From contig JABLTJ010000002.1 in the NCBI GenBank assembly GCA_013166775.1, positions 96,001-160,000 on the forward strand: a stretch of 64,000 nucleotides of DNA, read 5' to 3'. This document shows, in pieces, positions 47,936-58,218 of this stretch. Positions within the stretch are counted from its first letter, which is position 1. Each line of letters starts with the position of its first letter. Below the pieces are notes generated by a model. The model ran no database searches and was not told the origin of the DNA. It worked only from the letters and a program-made list of their open reading frames with translations. Position numbers and translations under genes: made by a program. This DNA comes from Promethearchaeati archaeon. Lineage in GTDB: Archaea; Asgardarchaeota; Heimdallarchaeia; Heimdallarchaeales; Heimdallarchaeaceae.

Positions 47936-50203
47936 TTAAGAACAGAAACAGCGATTTTTTCTTCTAAATCGATTAATCACAAAGATAATAGAAAAAAGCA
48001 ACAGGTAATATAACGCTATAGGAGCAGATGAAACGTCAGTAGGGACTTCTGTAGGAACTTCAGTAGCATCTTCAGGAGCAAAATCTAACACAGGATATAA
48101 ATCAAAGGATTTAGCAGAACCAGCTATGAAATATCCCCTCTCACCTATCCAATCTGACCAGTAATTTCCTTTTTTAGTGGAAGAATCATACCAAAAATTT
48201 TGAGTTCCGTTGTCTTGTGCTTGGGAATTACCTTGCAGATTATTGTTTGTAAAATTATTAAAGAAAATAATATTTTTTCTAGAATTCGCATCTATTGCAA
48301 TTCCGAATTGGTTATTTTCTTCCAATAGATTTCTAGTAAAAAGGGAGCTATTGGTATTTTTCAAAACAATTCCATTTTCACTATTATTACTTATGATATT
48401 ATTGCTAAATGTACAGTCATATGAATCGTTTAAGTATATACCATCAACTAAGTTGTTATTCATTTCATTCTCGATTATAGAAATTCGATCTGAGTTTTTA
48501 AGCATTAACCCATTATTGTTATTATTACTAATGATATTATAGCTAAATGTGCAGGCATATGAGCTTCTTATGTATGCACCATTAATCAAGTTGTTTCTTA
48601 TTATATTCCCAAGTATAGAAGTTTGTCTTGAACTTATGATTGTTAACCCATTCTTACTATTATAACTCAACTTATTGCCTTGAATTTTACCATCTTTTGA
48701 ATCATAGTAAATACCATGATCTGTATTCCACTTACAGGTATTGTTTTCAACAATATTATTGTCACCCCACACATAAATACCTGTTTCAGAATTGAAATTG
48801 CATGTGTTATCAAATATAGTACAATATTCTGCGTTGTAACTCAATCTTATTCCTATAGAATTGTTGCTACAAATATTATTTCGTATTTTTAATCTACTTG
48901 AGATAGCACGAACAAAAATGCCTGTTGCAGAATTTATGCATATATTATTGTCAATATAGGATTGCTTTAGAGTTTCCACATATATTGCAGCTCCTGAAGT
49001 TGAGTTAAAGACATTATTCCTGATCTTAATCCTATCGCCCATCCCAACTAGAAGACCATTTGTACCAGGTTTGAAATAACAATTTTCTATTATACAATCA
49101 TCTGTATACTCAACTCTAAGTTTCTTTTTGGATGTAAATTCACAATTAGAGATTAAGCAGTTTTTAGAAGTATAAATCGTTAGTCCTTCACTAATTGAAC
49201 AGTTCGCTATTGTAATAGTATCAGATTTGGAAAAATCCAAATAATAATCTATAATTCCTTCAAGGAATATATTAGTACAAGTAAAAATCATAACTTGACC
49301 ATATTCTTGATCTAAAGTAATATTGTCTTGTTTATGATATACAACAAAAGGTTTTGAGTTAACTGTGTTATTGGCAAATGTGTAAGTTCCCATTAGGTTT
49401 ACATTCATTGGGGAAAATACAAATTTCGAAGACACTAAAGTATTGTTTACATATTCTGAATAAGGTGAATCAACAAAGCTTAATGAAGCTCCTTTCAGAT
49501 AATTATTTGATACAGTTGAATATGGACATGTTCCAATATATAATGCTATAATTGGATTAGATTCTAGATTATTATGTTTAAGAATCAAACTATCACCGGA
49601 TAATATTTCAATCCCTCTGTCATTCCCAGAGCAGTTATTATGTAACACCTTAGCATATGCAGACATACCTATTCGGATTCCTGCATTGTAAAAAGAGTCA
49701 CGATTACCATCACATAGGTTTTGTTCTACTATAATATTACTTGAATAGTCTATCCTAATTCCAGAATCACCATTATATGAGCAGTTATTCCCTCTAATAT
49801 TAATCGAATTAGATCCTGAAACAAAGATTCCATATCCATTTTCATAGCAAGTATTGTTTTCAAGTATTACAGTTCCTGATGCAGTTGATTCGATTAGAAT
49901 TCCCACACTAGGACAACCACTTATAGAACAATTTCTGATTATAAAATGCATTGTAGTGCTTTTAACATAAATTCCGTAATCAGCGCTTTCATTAATAATT
50001 ATGTTTTCCATGATATATGGATTTGTTTGAGTTCCATTGCCTGGAAAGCCATAAGTAACGAAATCATCATCTGAATTGATTACAATAGATGTTGATAAAT
50101 CTGCTACTACAAAATCACTTGACCTTAGAACACTAAACACTAACAAGAAGATAATTATTGATTTCAAGTATTTCTTGTTATTCGATTTTGCTCTAAATTT
50201 CAT
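47936..50203 (-). CDS. Large surface parallel beta-helix (NosD-like) protein
   Basis: Signal peptide, many N.C..N/GI repeats, GNYWSDW, ATEVPTEVPTDV linker, C-terminal TM + RRK. Confidence 0.82.
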   Translation of the reverse strand: MKFRAKSNNKKYLKSIIIFLLVFSVLRSSDFVVADLSTSIVINSDDDFVTYGFPGNGTQTNPYIMENIIINESADYGIYVKSTTMHFIIRNCSISGCPSVGILIESTASGTVILENNTCYENGYGIFVSGSNSINIRGNNCSYNGDSGIRIDYSSNIIVEQNLCDGNRDSFYNAGIRIGMSAYAKVLHNNCSGNDRGIEILSGDSLILKHNNLESNPIIALYIGTCPYSTVSNNYLKGASLSFVDSPYSEYVNNTLVSSKFVFSPMNVNLMGTYTFANNTVNSKPFVVYHKQDNITLDQEYGQVMIFTCTNIFLEGIIDYYLDFSKSDTITIANCSISEGLTIYTSKNCLISNCEFTSKKKLRVEYTDDCIIENCYFKPGTNGLLVGMGDRIKIRNNVFNSTSGAAIYVETLKQSYIDNNICINSATGIFVRAISSRLKIRNNICSNNSIGIRLSYNAEYCTIFDNTCNFNSETGIYVWGDNNIVENNTCKWNTDHGIYYDSKDGKIQGNKLSYNSKNGLTIISSRQTSILGNIIRNNLINGAYIRSSYACTFSYNIISNNNNNGLMLKNSDRISIIENEMNNNLVDGIYLNDSYDCTFSNNIISNNSENGIVLKNTNSSLFTRNLLEENNQFGIAIDANSRKNIIFFNNFTNNNLQGNSQAQDNGTQNFWYDSSTKKGNYWSDWIGERGYFIAGSAKSFDLYPVLDFAPEDATEVPTEVPTDVSSAPIALYYLLLFSIIFVINRFRRKNRCFCS

Positions 50204-50295
50204 TAAATATTGTAGGATTGAATACTTATAAAGATTCGTCGAAAAAATGTTAAAAGATAAAAACGAGTTGAATGCCAGCCAACTATCTATATAAA

Positions 50296-51273
50296 CTAAG
50301 ATTTTACTTCCTTATTTTTCGTTTTAGTTTTTCTTTTAGGAAACCACGGAACCATAGCACTTGCTTCTTTCATAACCTGTTTGTAATTAGGTCTTCTTTC
50401 AAGGGAACGTACATCCATGAGCCATGAACTGAAACGAAAGAAAACAGCCATTAATGCAGGTCCAACAAAAACAAGAACTGGAGATGTTTTATGTAAACCG
50501 GCAGAGATACCGAAGAACATCATGGATACCCAGAATAAAACCTCCCCAAAATAATTTGGATGTCGAGAATATTTCCAGAGACCACCGCGAAATATACCTC
50601 CTTTCTTATATTCTTCTGTTGAGCGAAATTTTTGCAATTGTCTATCTGCAAAATACAGAATAAGAACGGCAGAGAGAGCTGTAATAATGCCCAATGCATC
50701 AAAGACAGAAAAGGAGGCCTGTTCTCCTGCTGGAATATTAAGAACAAGAATACCAGGAGCAAATGCAAAGAAAACAAGGATTGTAGGGAACAGATGCATA
50801 CCGAGAAGAGAATTCAACCAGTATGGAACTGAAAAATCACGCATTTTCTCATATCGCCAGTCTTCATGAACTAATCCTGTACGCCATCCAGTCCACCTGT
50901 AGAAAATATGATATCGAGCTGACCATACAAAGAGACATACAACAATTATGATATGTCTAAAGGACCAGGGGCTTGTAAGTCCTCCACTGAATATTACTCC
51001 TAAAGCTAGCAGGGGAGGTGCAATGACCCAATAAGGATCATAGATTGATGAATTCTTATTAGCGATTGAAAATATCCATATAACTGTAGTAGCTACACAG
51101 TCAACTATTAAGACAGTGTACAAATTATTGGAAACCAGATTATACCGTTGGAATAACCACCAAGTTAGTATACCAATAGAGAGAGCGGAGATATATGCAG
51201 CATAGCAAGCAATTGCAGAAACAATCCTTTCCGGAGGTGGCATCAAACCACGATTTTCCTCTGATGAAACCAT
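50296..51273 (-). CDS. DUF1295 / steroid 5-alpha-reductase-like membrane protein
   Basis: NSSIYDPYW, EDWRY, ADRQL, GLWKYSRHPNYFGE. Confidence 0.88.
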   Translation of the reverse strand: MVSSEENRGLMPPPERIVSAIACYAAYISALSIGILTWWLFQRYNLVSNNLYTVLIVDCVATTVIWIFSIANKNSSIYDPYWVIAPPLLALGVIFSGGLTSPWSFRHIIIVVCLFVWSARYHIFYRWTGWRTGLVHEDWRYEKMRDFSVPYWLNSLLGMHLFPTILVFFAFAPGILVLNIPAGEQASFSVFDALGIITALSAVLILYFADRQLQKFRSTEEYKKGGIFRGGLWKYSRHPNYFGEVLFWVSMMFFGISAGLHKTSPVLVFVGPALMAVFFRFSSWLMDVRSLERRPNYKQVMKEASAMVPWFPKRKTKTKNKEVKS

Positions 51274-51429
51274 ATAGAAATTCTCCTATAAGTGCTTTAT
51301 ATAAAATTTAAGCCATTAAAATCTGTTAATGTTTGGAATAGTAAATACAAAATTTTGGAAATATATTAAATCTCTTTTTAGACATCATGCTGAATAATGT
51401 TTTTATCTCATAATTTTATTAGCAAAGCA

Positions 51430-52290
51430 ATGATAATTCCAATTGATGGATTAAAACCGTCTAAACAAGTACTAGAGGAGTTTGGTATTCTAGATAAAGC
51501 AGAGCTTTTACCAGGTGGACTCAGTAGAGCATTTCTAGCGGGGAATATTGTTGTGAAGTATTCCCCTGAGGATACTGAGGAAGAAGTGGTTTGGTTAGCA
51601 ACTATGTTAGATAATATTAGAAGAGAAGATTTCAGAGTTCAAAAGTTTATCAAATCAAAAAAAGGTAGATATCTTGTTGACGGATGGGTAGCCTATGAAT
51701 TTTTAGCTGGAGATTTCCGCAAAGATATAGAACATTTAAAACTAAAAAAAGAGGTACTTAGATCATTTCACGAAGCAATAAAAAATGAATCACTCCCTCC
51801 GAATTACAACTTCGAAAGAACAGATCCTTGGGGAGTAGCAGAGGATATGGTTTGGGGAGAGAGACCTATTGAATGTCACAAACGGATAATGAAAGAGATC
51901 GAAGTTCTAGTGGACTTTCTTGAACCTTTAGAGCTCCCTAGACAATTGATTCAAGGAGATCCTGGTCACGTACTCTTCTCTGATGAAGAACCTCCAGCTT
52001 TAATCGATTTATCTTGGCATTACCGACCAGCTGATTTCTCTTTAGTGGTGCTTGCAGCTGATGCTCTTTGTTGTTGGTGTGGGGATGAGTGTAATTGTCT
52101 TAATGCTGATGAGGTTTACAAAATCTTTGAAGATGTTGAGCATTTTGATCAGTTGTTGCTAAAAGCAGTACTGAGGAGAGTGTTGGAAGTAGAAGGTCAT
52201 CTTAAATTCGACATAAATTATCTTGATATGCTAGATGGACTTAAACCAGCTATTGATTTTGTTTCTAACTTGTTTTCTCGAAAGACTTAA
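51430..52290 (+). CDS. Aminoglycoside phosphotransferase-like kinase (TIGR02569-like)
   Basis: LLPGGL, VDGW, DPWG, QLIQGDPGHVLF, PALIDLS. Confidence 0.7.
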   Translation: MIIPIDGLKPSKQVLEEFGILDKAELLPGGLSRAFLAGNIVVKYSPEDTEEEVVWLATMLDNIRREDFRVQKFIKSKKGRYLVDGWVAYEFLAGDFRKDIEHLKLKKEVLRSFHEAIKNESLPPNYNFERTDPWGVAEDMVWGERPIECHKRIMKEIEVLVDFLEPLELPRQLIQGDPGHVLFSDEEPPALIDLSWHYRPADFSLVVLAADALCCWCGDECNCLNADEVYKIFEDVEHFDQLLLKAVLRRVLEVEGHLKFDINYLDMLDGLKPAIDFVSNLFSRKT

Positions 52291-52335
52291 GGCTAAGAGT
52301 TAAATAAGAATATTATTTTTTTTAATTGATATTGA

Positions 52336-53217
52336 ATGCAAGTTACTTTAACAAACATAGTTGACAATACAGTTAGAATAAAAGACGATTATATTCCAAC
52401 TAGTGGATTATCCTATTTATTAGAAATAGAAGGTAGAAAGATTTTATTCGACGCAGGGGACAATGGTAATGTTTTGATACATCACATGAAACTCCTGGAT
52501 ATAGATCCTAATGAAATCGAATTACTTATTTTAAGTCATGGTCATTGGGATCATACTCATGGTTTGAGAGCATTGATGTATCAAAGAGATACCAAAAAGA
52601 AGCTTAAGATTATTGCTCATCCTCATTCTTTTCGCAAAAGAAGAGTAGCTAAATTCTTACTAATCCTACCTGCATTGATAAAATATCGAATGTACAACTA
52701 TGGTTTTCCTAGATTGCCTAAGGAACTTCAAGAAATGCTTATTCTTGAACCTACTGTTGAACCTTATGAAGTTACACCCTTCCTGAAAACCACTGGAGAA
52801 ATTTCTGATAGAAAGGAGAAAACTTCTACAATTGACAAGCTGAAAATAAAAGAAGGAAGACGATTTATCAAAGATTCTCAATTAGATGATCTTTCCCTAG
52901 TTCTAAAAACTAAAGAGGGTGTTGTCCTAATACTTGGATGTGGTCATTCTGGTGTTTTGAACATTTGTGCTAGAGCTAAGGGATTTTATCCAAACGACAA
53001 GATTGTTTCTATTATCGGGGGTACTCATCTTGTTGCCCTAAAAACAGAATCTGAATTGGAATATGTAGCTAAGATACTTGAAGAAAAGTATGACAAACCT
53101 TTACTCTATTTCAGTCATTGTACAGGAAAGATTGCTTTGAAGTTCTTTGAAAAACGTTTTGGAAAAGAAACAGTTAAATCCTTTATGGTTGGAGATAAAT
53201 TAACTTTTGATTGCTAA
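52336..53217 (+). CDS. MBL-fold metallohydrolase (MJ0301-like family)
   Basis: LFDAG, LSHGHWDHTHG, GCGHSG, IGGTHL, SHCTG. Confidence 0.85.
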   Translation: MQVTLTNIVDNTVRIKDDYIPTSGLSYLLEIEGRKILFDAGDNGNVLIHHMKLLDIDPNEIELLILSHGHWDHTHGLRALMYQRDTKKKLKIIAHPHSFRKRRVAKFLLILPALIKYRMYNYGFPRLPKELQEMLILEPTVEPYEVTPFLKTTGEISDRKEKTSTIDKLKIKEGRRFIKDSQLDDLSLVLKTKEGVVLILGCGHSGVLNICARAKGFYPNDKIVSIIGGTHLVALKTESELEYVAKILEEKYDKPLLYFSHCTGKIALKFFEKRFGKETVKSFMVGDKLTFDC

Positions 53218-53272
53218 AAAAACATCTTCATAGAAAACGATATATAAAAAGACAACTCACTTTCGCTGAATT

Positions 53273-54214
53273 ATGTCAATTGCGAAAACTCAAATTGATC
53301 CAGAGAAGGTAAGAATTTTCTTAGATAAGAAATTTGATTTCAAAGTTGACAATTTAGAATTCCTAAGAGGTGGGGAATTTTCACAAGCGTTTTCTTATGA
53401 TACTCGAGGTCAGAGTCATGTTATTAAAATACGAAATACAAGAAAGCAATTTGAAAAAGAATTAAGGGCTTATGAGAGTATCAGAGAAAAAGATAATACT
53501 ATTCCTATTCCAAGGATATTTGATATAGGATTATTTCAAGAAAACGAAAATAATAAATTATATTATTGTATAAGTGAGAAAGTTGAGGGTAAGATTCTCA
53601 CAGATTACAGATATTCAGAACTGAAAATCATTGATTCATTTGTAATAAGAATGTTAATCAAGATTCACAAAGTGGATATCTCAGACACAAAGAATTTTGG
53701 TAGCTGGAGTAAGTTTGAACAGACTTCTTACAAATCATGGAAAAATTACATCTTGGATTTTATTAATGGTCAGAAAGTGTATTGGAATAAAATCTACTCT
53801 AATGGTATTTTTGAAAAAGAGCTCCATCAAACTCTTTCCAAAGAAATCGAAGAATTACTTGAGTATAGCTCTGAAAAACGATATCTTGTGCATGGTGATT
53901 ATGGTTATGACAATGTTCTAGCGATACCGAGTGGAGAGATAACTGGTGTTATTGACTGGGAAAATTCTATGTTTGGTGATTTTGTTTACGATATTGCTTG
54001 GCTTGATTTCTGGGGTTTTGTGCAAGAGAATAATTATTATAAGATTTACAAAAGAATCTATGAGAAAATTTACGAGGATAAAATCATTAACTACAATGAA
54101 AGGATAAGATGTTATAGACTCTATATAGGCTTAGGAGCACTAGCATTTTTTAGTGATTTATCCCAAAAGAAAAAATATCTCTCAGCTAAAGAAAGGGTTG
54201 AGAAACTGATTTAG
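53273..54214 (+). CDS. APH-family phosphotransferase (hygromycin kinase-like)
   Basis: GGEFSQAF, LVHGDYGYDNVL, GVIDW...GDFVYDIA. Confidence 0.85.
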   Translation: MSIAKTQIDPEKVRIFLDKKFDFKVDNLEFLRGGEFSQAFSYDTRGQSHVIKIRNTRKQFEKELRAYESIREKDNTIPIPRIFDIGLFQENENNKLYYCISEKVEGKILTDYRYSELKIIDSFVIRMLIKIHKVDISDTKNFGSWSKFEQTSYKSWKNYILDFINGQKVYWNKIYSNGIFEKELHQTLSKEIEELLEYSSEKRYLVHGDYGYDNVLAIPSGEITGVIDWENSMFGDFVYDIAWLDFWGFVQENNYYKIYKRIYEKIYEDKIINYNERIRCYRLYIGLGALAFFSDLSQKKKYLSAKERVEKLI

Positions 54215-54230
54215 TTAACAAGCAGCAGTA

Positions 54231-54781
54231 TTGAGGAAAAACCCTATGTCAAAGAAACAAAAGATGGGAACTTATGAGCATTTATGTATCTTGATTATCG
54301 GACAAGATACTTGGAATGAGCAAGATAAACAATCGGTTCGAGATATTTCATTATCAGAGAGAAAGAAGTATGTGGATTATGACTATCATTTTTATCATAA
54401 ATTAACTTATAGAGATAAAAAACCTGAATATGGTGATTGTTGTTATGCAATCAAATTTTTATTCTTTTCAGTAATCTAAAAGGGAATAGAGATAGTCTGC
54501 TTTACCAGGGGCATCACTATCTAGAACCTGATGATGTTAAGGATATTCTAGAATATTCCGAACTAATTCTTGCTCATAGTAAAGTGAAAAAAATGTATGT
54601 CTTATACTTAGATTCATTTAAAGATTTCAAACGAGAAGTACTCAATAGTCTCAATATTGATGGATTTAAAGAACTTATTACTGAAAAAAGTTTTACTCTA
54701 AAAGAATTCAAAACAACTCTTCGAAATCACGAATTTAAGGAAAGAATCCTTTATGAGATATTAAGAGAAAAATATTACTGA
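54231..54781 (+). pseudogene. Probable single hypothetical gene split by a frameshift
   Basis: ORFs 54231-54479 and 54437-54781 overlap in the -1 frame; one extra T in the T5 run at 54456-54460 fuses them (YAIKFFILFSNLKG). Confidence 0.5.
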
Positions 54782-54854
54782 AGAGGGAAAGTCTAATTAA
54801 TCTAATTACTTACAGACTTCTAGAAACAAAATCACAGCAAGATAGTGAATCAAA

Positions 54855-55493
54855 ATGACTTTCACAGAAGAGTGCAAGGAAGCAATTTTAAGAGGGAACA
54901 TTGATCAAGCAGCAGTTCTTGCTCAAAAAGTTTTAGATGAAAAATTAGATATTAACGATGCGATTGATGCATTCTCATTAGCTATACGAGAGGCAGGAGA
55001 TCTATTTGAAGAAGGAGAATTCTTCTTACCTGAACTGATGCGTAGTGCAGAAGCGATGAAAGCTGCAATGACAATCTTTGAACCAGTTCTCAAAGAAGGA
55101 AAAGAAGAAAGAATTCTAGGGAAAGTTGTTATTGGAACAATCGAAGGAGACATTCATGATATTGGTAAAACCCTCGTTGCTGCTATGCTTTCAGCAGAAG
55201 GTTTTGTAGTACATGACTTAGGAGCAGACGTTCCTGTCTCAACTTTCATTGAAAAGGCTCTTGAAGTCAATGCTAATTTAATCTGTATCTCAGCCTTATT
55301 GACAACTACAATGGTAGGTCAGAAGAAATTAATTGATAGTTTGAAAGAGAAAAATCTTAGGGATCGCTTCAAGGTTCTAATTGGAGGTGCTCCTGTTTCA
55401 AAACAATGGGTAGAAGAAATAGGTGCAGATGGTTCTGCGGAAAACGCAGTTAGTGCTGTAAAACTTGCAAAAAAATTAATAGAATCCAAGTAG
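54855..55493 (+). CDS. Corrinoid (B12-binding) methyltransferase protein, MttC/MtbC-like
   Basis: FFLPEL, GTIEGDIHDIGK (DxHxxG), SALLTTT, IGGAP. Confidence 0.93.
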   Translation: MTFTEECKEAILRGNIDQAAVLAQKVLDEKLDINDAIDAFSLAIREAGDLFEEGEFFLPELMRSAEAMKAAMTIFEPVLKEGKEERILGKVVIGTIEGDIHDIGKTLVAAMLSAEGFVVHDLGADVPVSTFIEKALEVNANLICISALLTTTMVGQKKLIDSLKEKNLRDRFKVLIGGAPVSKQWVEEIGADGSAENAVSAVKLAKKLIESK

Positions 55494-56387
55494 GTGTTTC
55501 CGATGGGAGATAAAAAACCAATACTCGATTTACTTCAAGAAGAATTAATAATTCTTGATGGAGCGATGGGATCATTGCTAATCGATCAAGGTTTACCAGC
55601 AGGTGCTCCTCCAGAAATCTGGAATGTCTCAAACCCAGATAAAATCAAGAAAATTCATCAGAAGTATTTTGATGCTGGATCTAATGTTGTACTAACTAAC
55701 ACCTTTGGTGGCTCTGGTTTAAAACTAGCTGCATACAAACGCGAAAATAGTATTGAAGAATATAATCGGAAAGCAGTAGAAATTGCAATAGAATCTTGCC
55801 CAGAGAACGGTTATATAGCAGGAGATATCGGTCCTTCTGGTACATTTTTACTACCTGTAGGTGATATAACTACAATTGATTTTGAATCAAATTATCAAGA
55901 GCAAATGCAAATCTTAGCTGATGCGGGAGTAGACTTGTTTTTTATTGAAACAATGGTAGATCTACAAGAAGCTGAAGCAGCTGTTAAGTCAGTAAAGAGC
56001 GTTTCTAAACTACCTGTTTTTGTTTCCATGACCTATAAAAAGACGAAAAGAGGTTTCTTTACAATCATGGGAAACTCGATAGAACAATGTGTTGCTTCTC
56101 TACAGAAGTTAGGGGTGGATGCAATTGGAGCTAATTGTACTATTGGAAGTGATGATATGATAGAGTTAATCAAGGAACTAAACTTGTTAACAGAACTACC
56201 CATCATTGCAAAGCCTAATGCTGGACAACCTCAATTAATCAAAGGTGAAACAGTATATCCCACCACTTCAAAGGACTTCGCTAAAGACATTTCACAGATA
56301 GTAAAAAATAATGCTAGAATTGTTGGTGGTTGTTGTGGAACTGATCCTGGATTCATTGAGAAAATTGTTCAAAAAATAAAGAGGTAA
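55494..56387 (+). CDS. Homocysteine S-methyltransferase (stand-alone MetH Hcy domain)
   Basis: LDGAMG, TNTFG, GDIGPSG, GANC, PNAG.P, GGCCGT. Confidence 0.92.
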   Translation: MFPMGDKKPILDLLQEELIILDGAMGSLLIDQGLPAGAPPEIWNVSNPDKIKKIHQKYFDAGSNVVLTNTFGGSGLKLAAYKRENSIEEYNRKAVEIAIESCPENGYIAGDIGPSGTFLLPVGDITTIDFESNYQEQMQILADAGVDLFFIETMVDLQEAEAAVKSVKSVSKLPVFVSMTYKKTKRGFFTIMGNSIEQCVASLQKLGVDAIGANCTIGSDDMIELIKELNLLTELPIIAKPNAGQPQLIKGETVYPTTSKDFAKDISQIVKNNARIVGGCCGTDPGFIEKIVQKIKR

Positions 56388-56391
56388 TTCA

Positions 56392-57036
56392 ATGAGATTT
56401 CTAGAAGATATCAAGATAACTCTTGAAGATGATGAAATCATCAGATTATTAAGAAGCAAGAATTCAATGAAGAAATCACCACCCAAAAAAATGCTTGATG
56501 ATGTAAAAAGTATGAAAGAAATAGCTCTCGAATTAATACACCCTAGAGGTGTTTTCGAGTTTTTCGACAGTAAAGAGTTGAAACCTAGATTTCTTTTTAG
56601 TAAAGCTGAAAAAACTGTTTTTGCAGTTTGTACTATCGGAAGAGAATTAGAAGAAAAGGTTTCAAGAACTATAAATGGCGGAGGATTGGCTGAAGGAGTT
56701 ATATTGGATGCAATTGCTTCTCACGCAGCAGAAGAGACAGCAGCGATAGTAAATCAGAAAATCTTAGAAGAAATTGAGAATGAGTTTAAAGATAAGGAAG
56801 CAACTTGTAGGTTTAGTCCTGGTTATTGTCAATGGAATCTGGAGGAAGGACAACAACTAATCTTTCAATTATTACCTACAGAAGTAGTTGATGTTACATT
56901 AAGTGTATCAATGATGATGAAACCAATAAAATCTGTTTCTTTTGCAATTAACATCGGAGAAGAGATCGATAAAGAGCTTGGAATAAGAAGCTGTGAAACT
57001 TGCGATTTAGTTAATTGTGCTTACAGAAGAGAGTAA
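56392..57036 (+). CDS. Methionine synthase activation-domain protein
   Basis: CTIG..LE, LDAIAS, RFSPGY, MMKPIKSVS, CETC..NCAYR. Confidence 0.88.
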   Translation: MRFLEDIKITLEDDEIIRLLRSKNSMKKSPPKKMLDDVKSMKEIALELIHPRGVFEFFDSKELKPRFLFSKAEKTVFAVCTIGRELEEKVSRTINGGGLAEGVILDAIASHAAEETAAIVNQKILEEIENEFKDKEATCRFSPGYCQWNLEEGQQLIFQLLPTEVVDVTLSVSMMMKPIKSVSFAINIGEEIDKELGIRSCETCDLVNCAYRRE

Positions 57037-57043
57037 AGCTGAT

Positions 57044-58096
57044 TTAAATTATTCTAATACCTTCAAAGTGTTTCAAAACGACTAATGCTTGTAAGGTTAT
57101 CCACTTACTTGGTTTCTTATAAGACTCAATTTGAGTGTACATTGGTGAATTATACTGTTTTTCTTTAATCCATGTTCCTTCAACATTTTTCGTTTTTATT
57201 AACTCGAGAGCTGAGCTCAATTCTTCTGTATATTCAAGGTTTATGGAAACTAAAGAACTCATTGCATCAAGTACATCAGAATTATAGTTAAGAGGAAAAC
57301 CGAATTTTGTCCACCCAGCTTTTGCAATATTTTTCATTGCAGGATATTTGTTCTTGAACTTTCTTCTTTCATCTTCCAAATCACTACCTTTCAATTTTCT
57401 TTCTTGTATTATTTTCATCCAATCTCTATTCCTATCTGGAACATATTTGTAGATTTGATTCTTAAGAAGAATTTTGATACAATAGTCTATCCCTTTTTGA
57501 ATTCTAGATGTTCGATCTTTCACAGGTATCGCACCGAATACATGCAGAATCTTTGGAATCGTCATATAACATCCTTCAATTAAACTCAATGTTCTGCAAC
57601 GAATGTATCCATCATTATCTACAAAAGTTGATAGTAGATACTCCAAAGCTCTTTTTGTTCTTTCATCTTCCCAGTAATTAAAAAATAACAATGCTCTAAG
57701 GATATTTGAAGTCAAGCAGGTGATTACTCCACTGTTAGTCCCAAACACCGAAAATCCACCATTAGGAGCTTGCCCTGTAGAAAAGAGATGTTCAACAGCA
57801 TTCTCAATCTGATTGTTTTTCAATGAATTTAGTTCGTAAAGAAAGAAAATTTGCCAAAAAGTCCCCAGATATTTCTTATAATTCTTGTCTTTTCCTTTTT
57901 CAAACCAATAAGTATTCTCTTTTTGGTTTTTCAAAATTGTTTGAATTGGTTGATATGTATTTATCTTACTTTTTGTTTCTTGAACCTCAGAATTTTGTTC
58001 ATTCAATACCAATATTTTGGTTTGTGTAAGATATTTTACTGGAGGATTGTTTTCTTCTAATAACCAGTCTATAATTCCCTGATTAACTTCATACAT
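57044..58096 (-). CDS. Conserved hypothetical protein, prenyltransferase-like alpha-barrel
   Basis: IDWLLE.NPPV.Y, FGFPLNYNSDVLD, PSKWITL.AL. Confidence 0.7.
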   Translation of the reverse strand: MYEVNQGIIDWLLEENNPPVKYLTQTKILVLNEQNSEVQETKSKINTYQPIQTILKNQKENTYWFEKGKDKNYKKYLGTFWQIFFLYELNSLKNNQIENAVEHLFSTGQAPNGGFSVFGTNSGVITCLTSNILRALLFFNYWEDERTKRALEYLLSTFVDNDGYIRCRTLSLIEGCYMTIPKILHVFGAIPVKDRTSRIQKGIDYCIKILLKNQIYKYVPDRNRDWMKIIQERKLKGSDLEDERRKFKNKYPAMKNIAKAGWTKFGFPLNYNSDVLDAMSSLVSINLEYTEELSSALELIKTKNVEGTWIKEKQYNSPMYTQIESYKKPSKWITLQALVVLKHFEGIRII

Positions 58097-58218
58097 GTTT
58101 CTATCAATTTTACATCTATCATGTCTCTATTAAAATTAATCTACTAGTTTTTTCAAAAAAGATTTTATAAGTAAAATGCGATATTCAAATGACTTATCTA
58201 AGTTAATGTGATATATAT

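Noticed and set aside
48033-48070. Short tandem DNA repeat
   Set aside because: Encodes the ATEVPTEVPTDV linker of a surface protein; not CRISPR-like
51430-54214. Antibiotic-resistance island (two APH-like kinases and an MBL)
   Set aside because: These are broad metabolic superfamilies, the MBL resembles the MJ0301-like family, and there are no mobility genes
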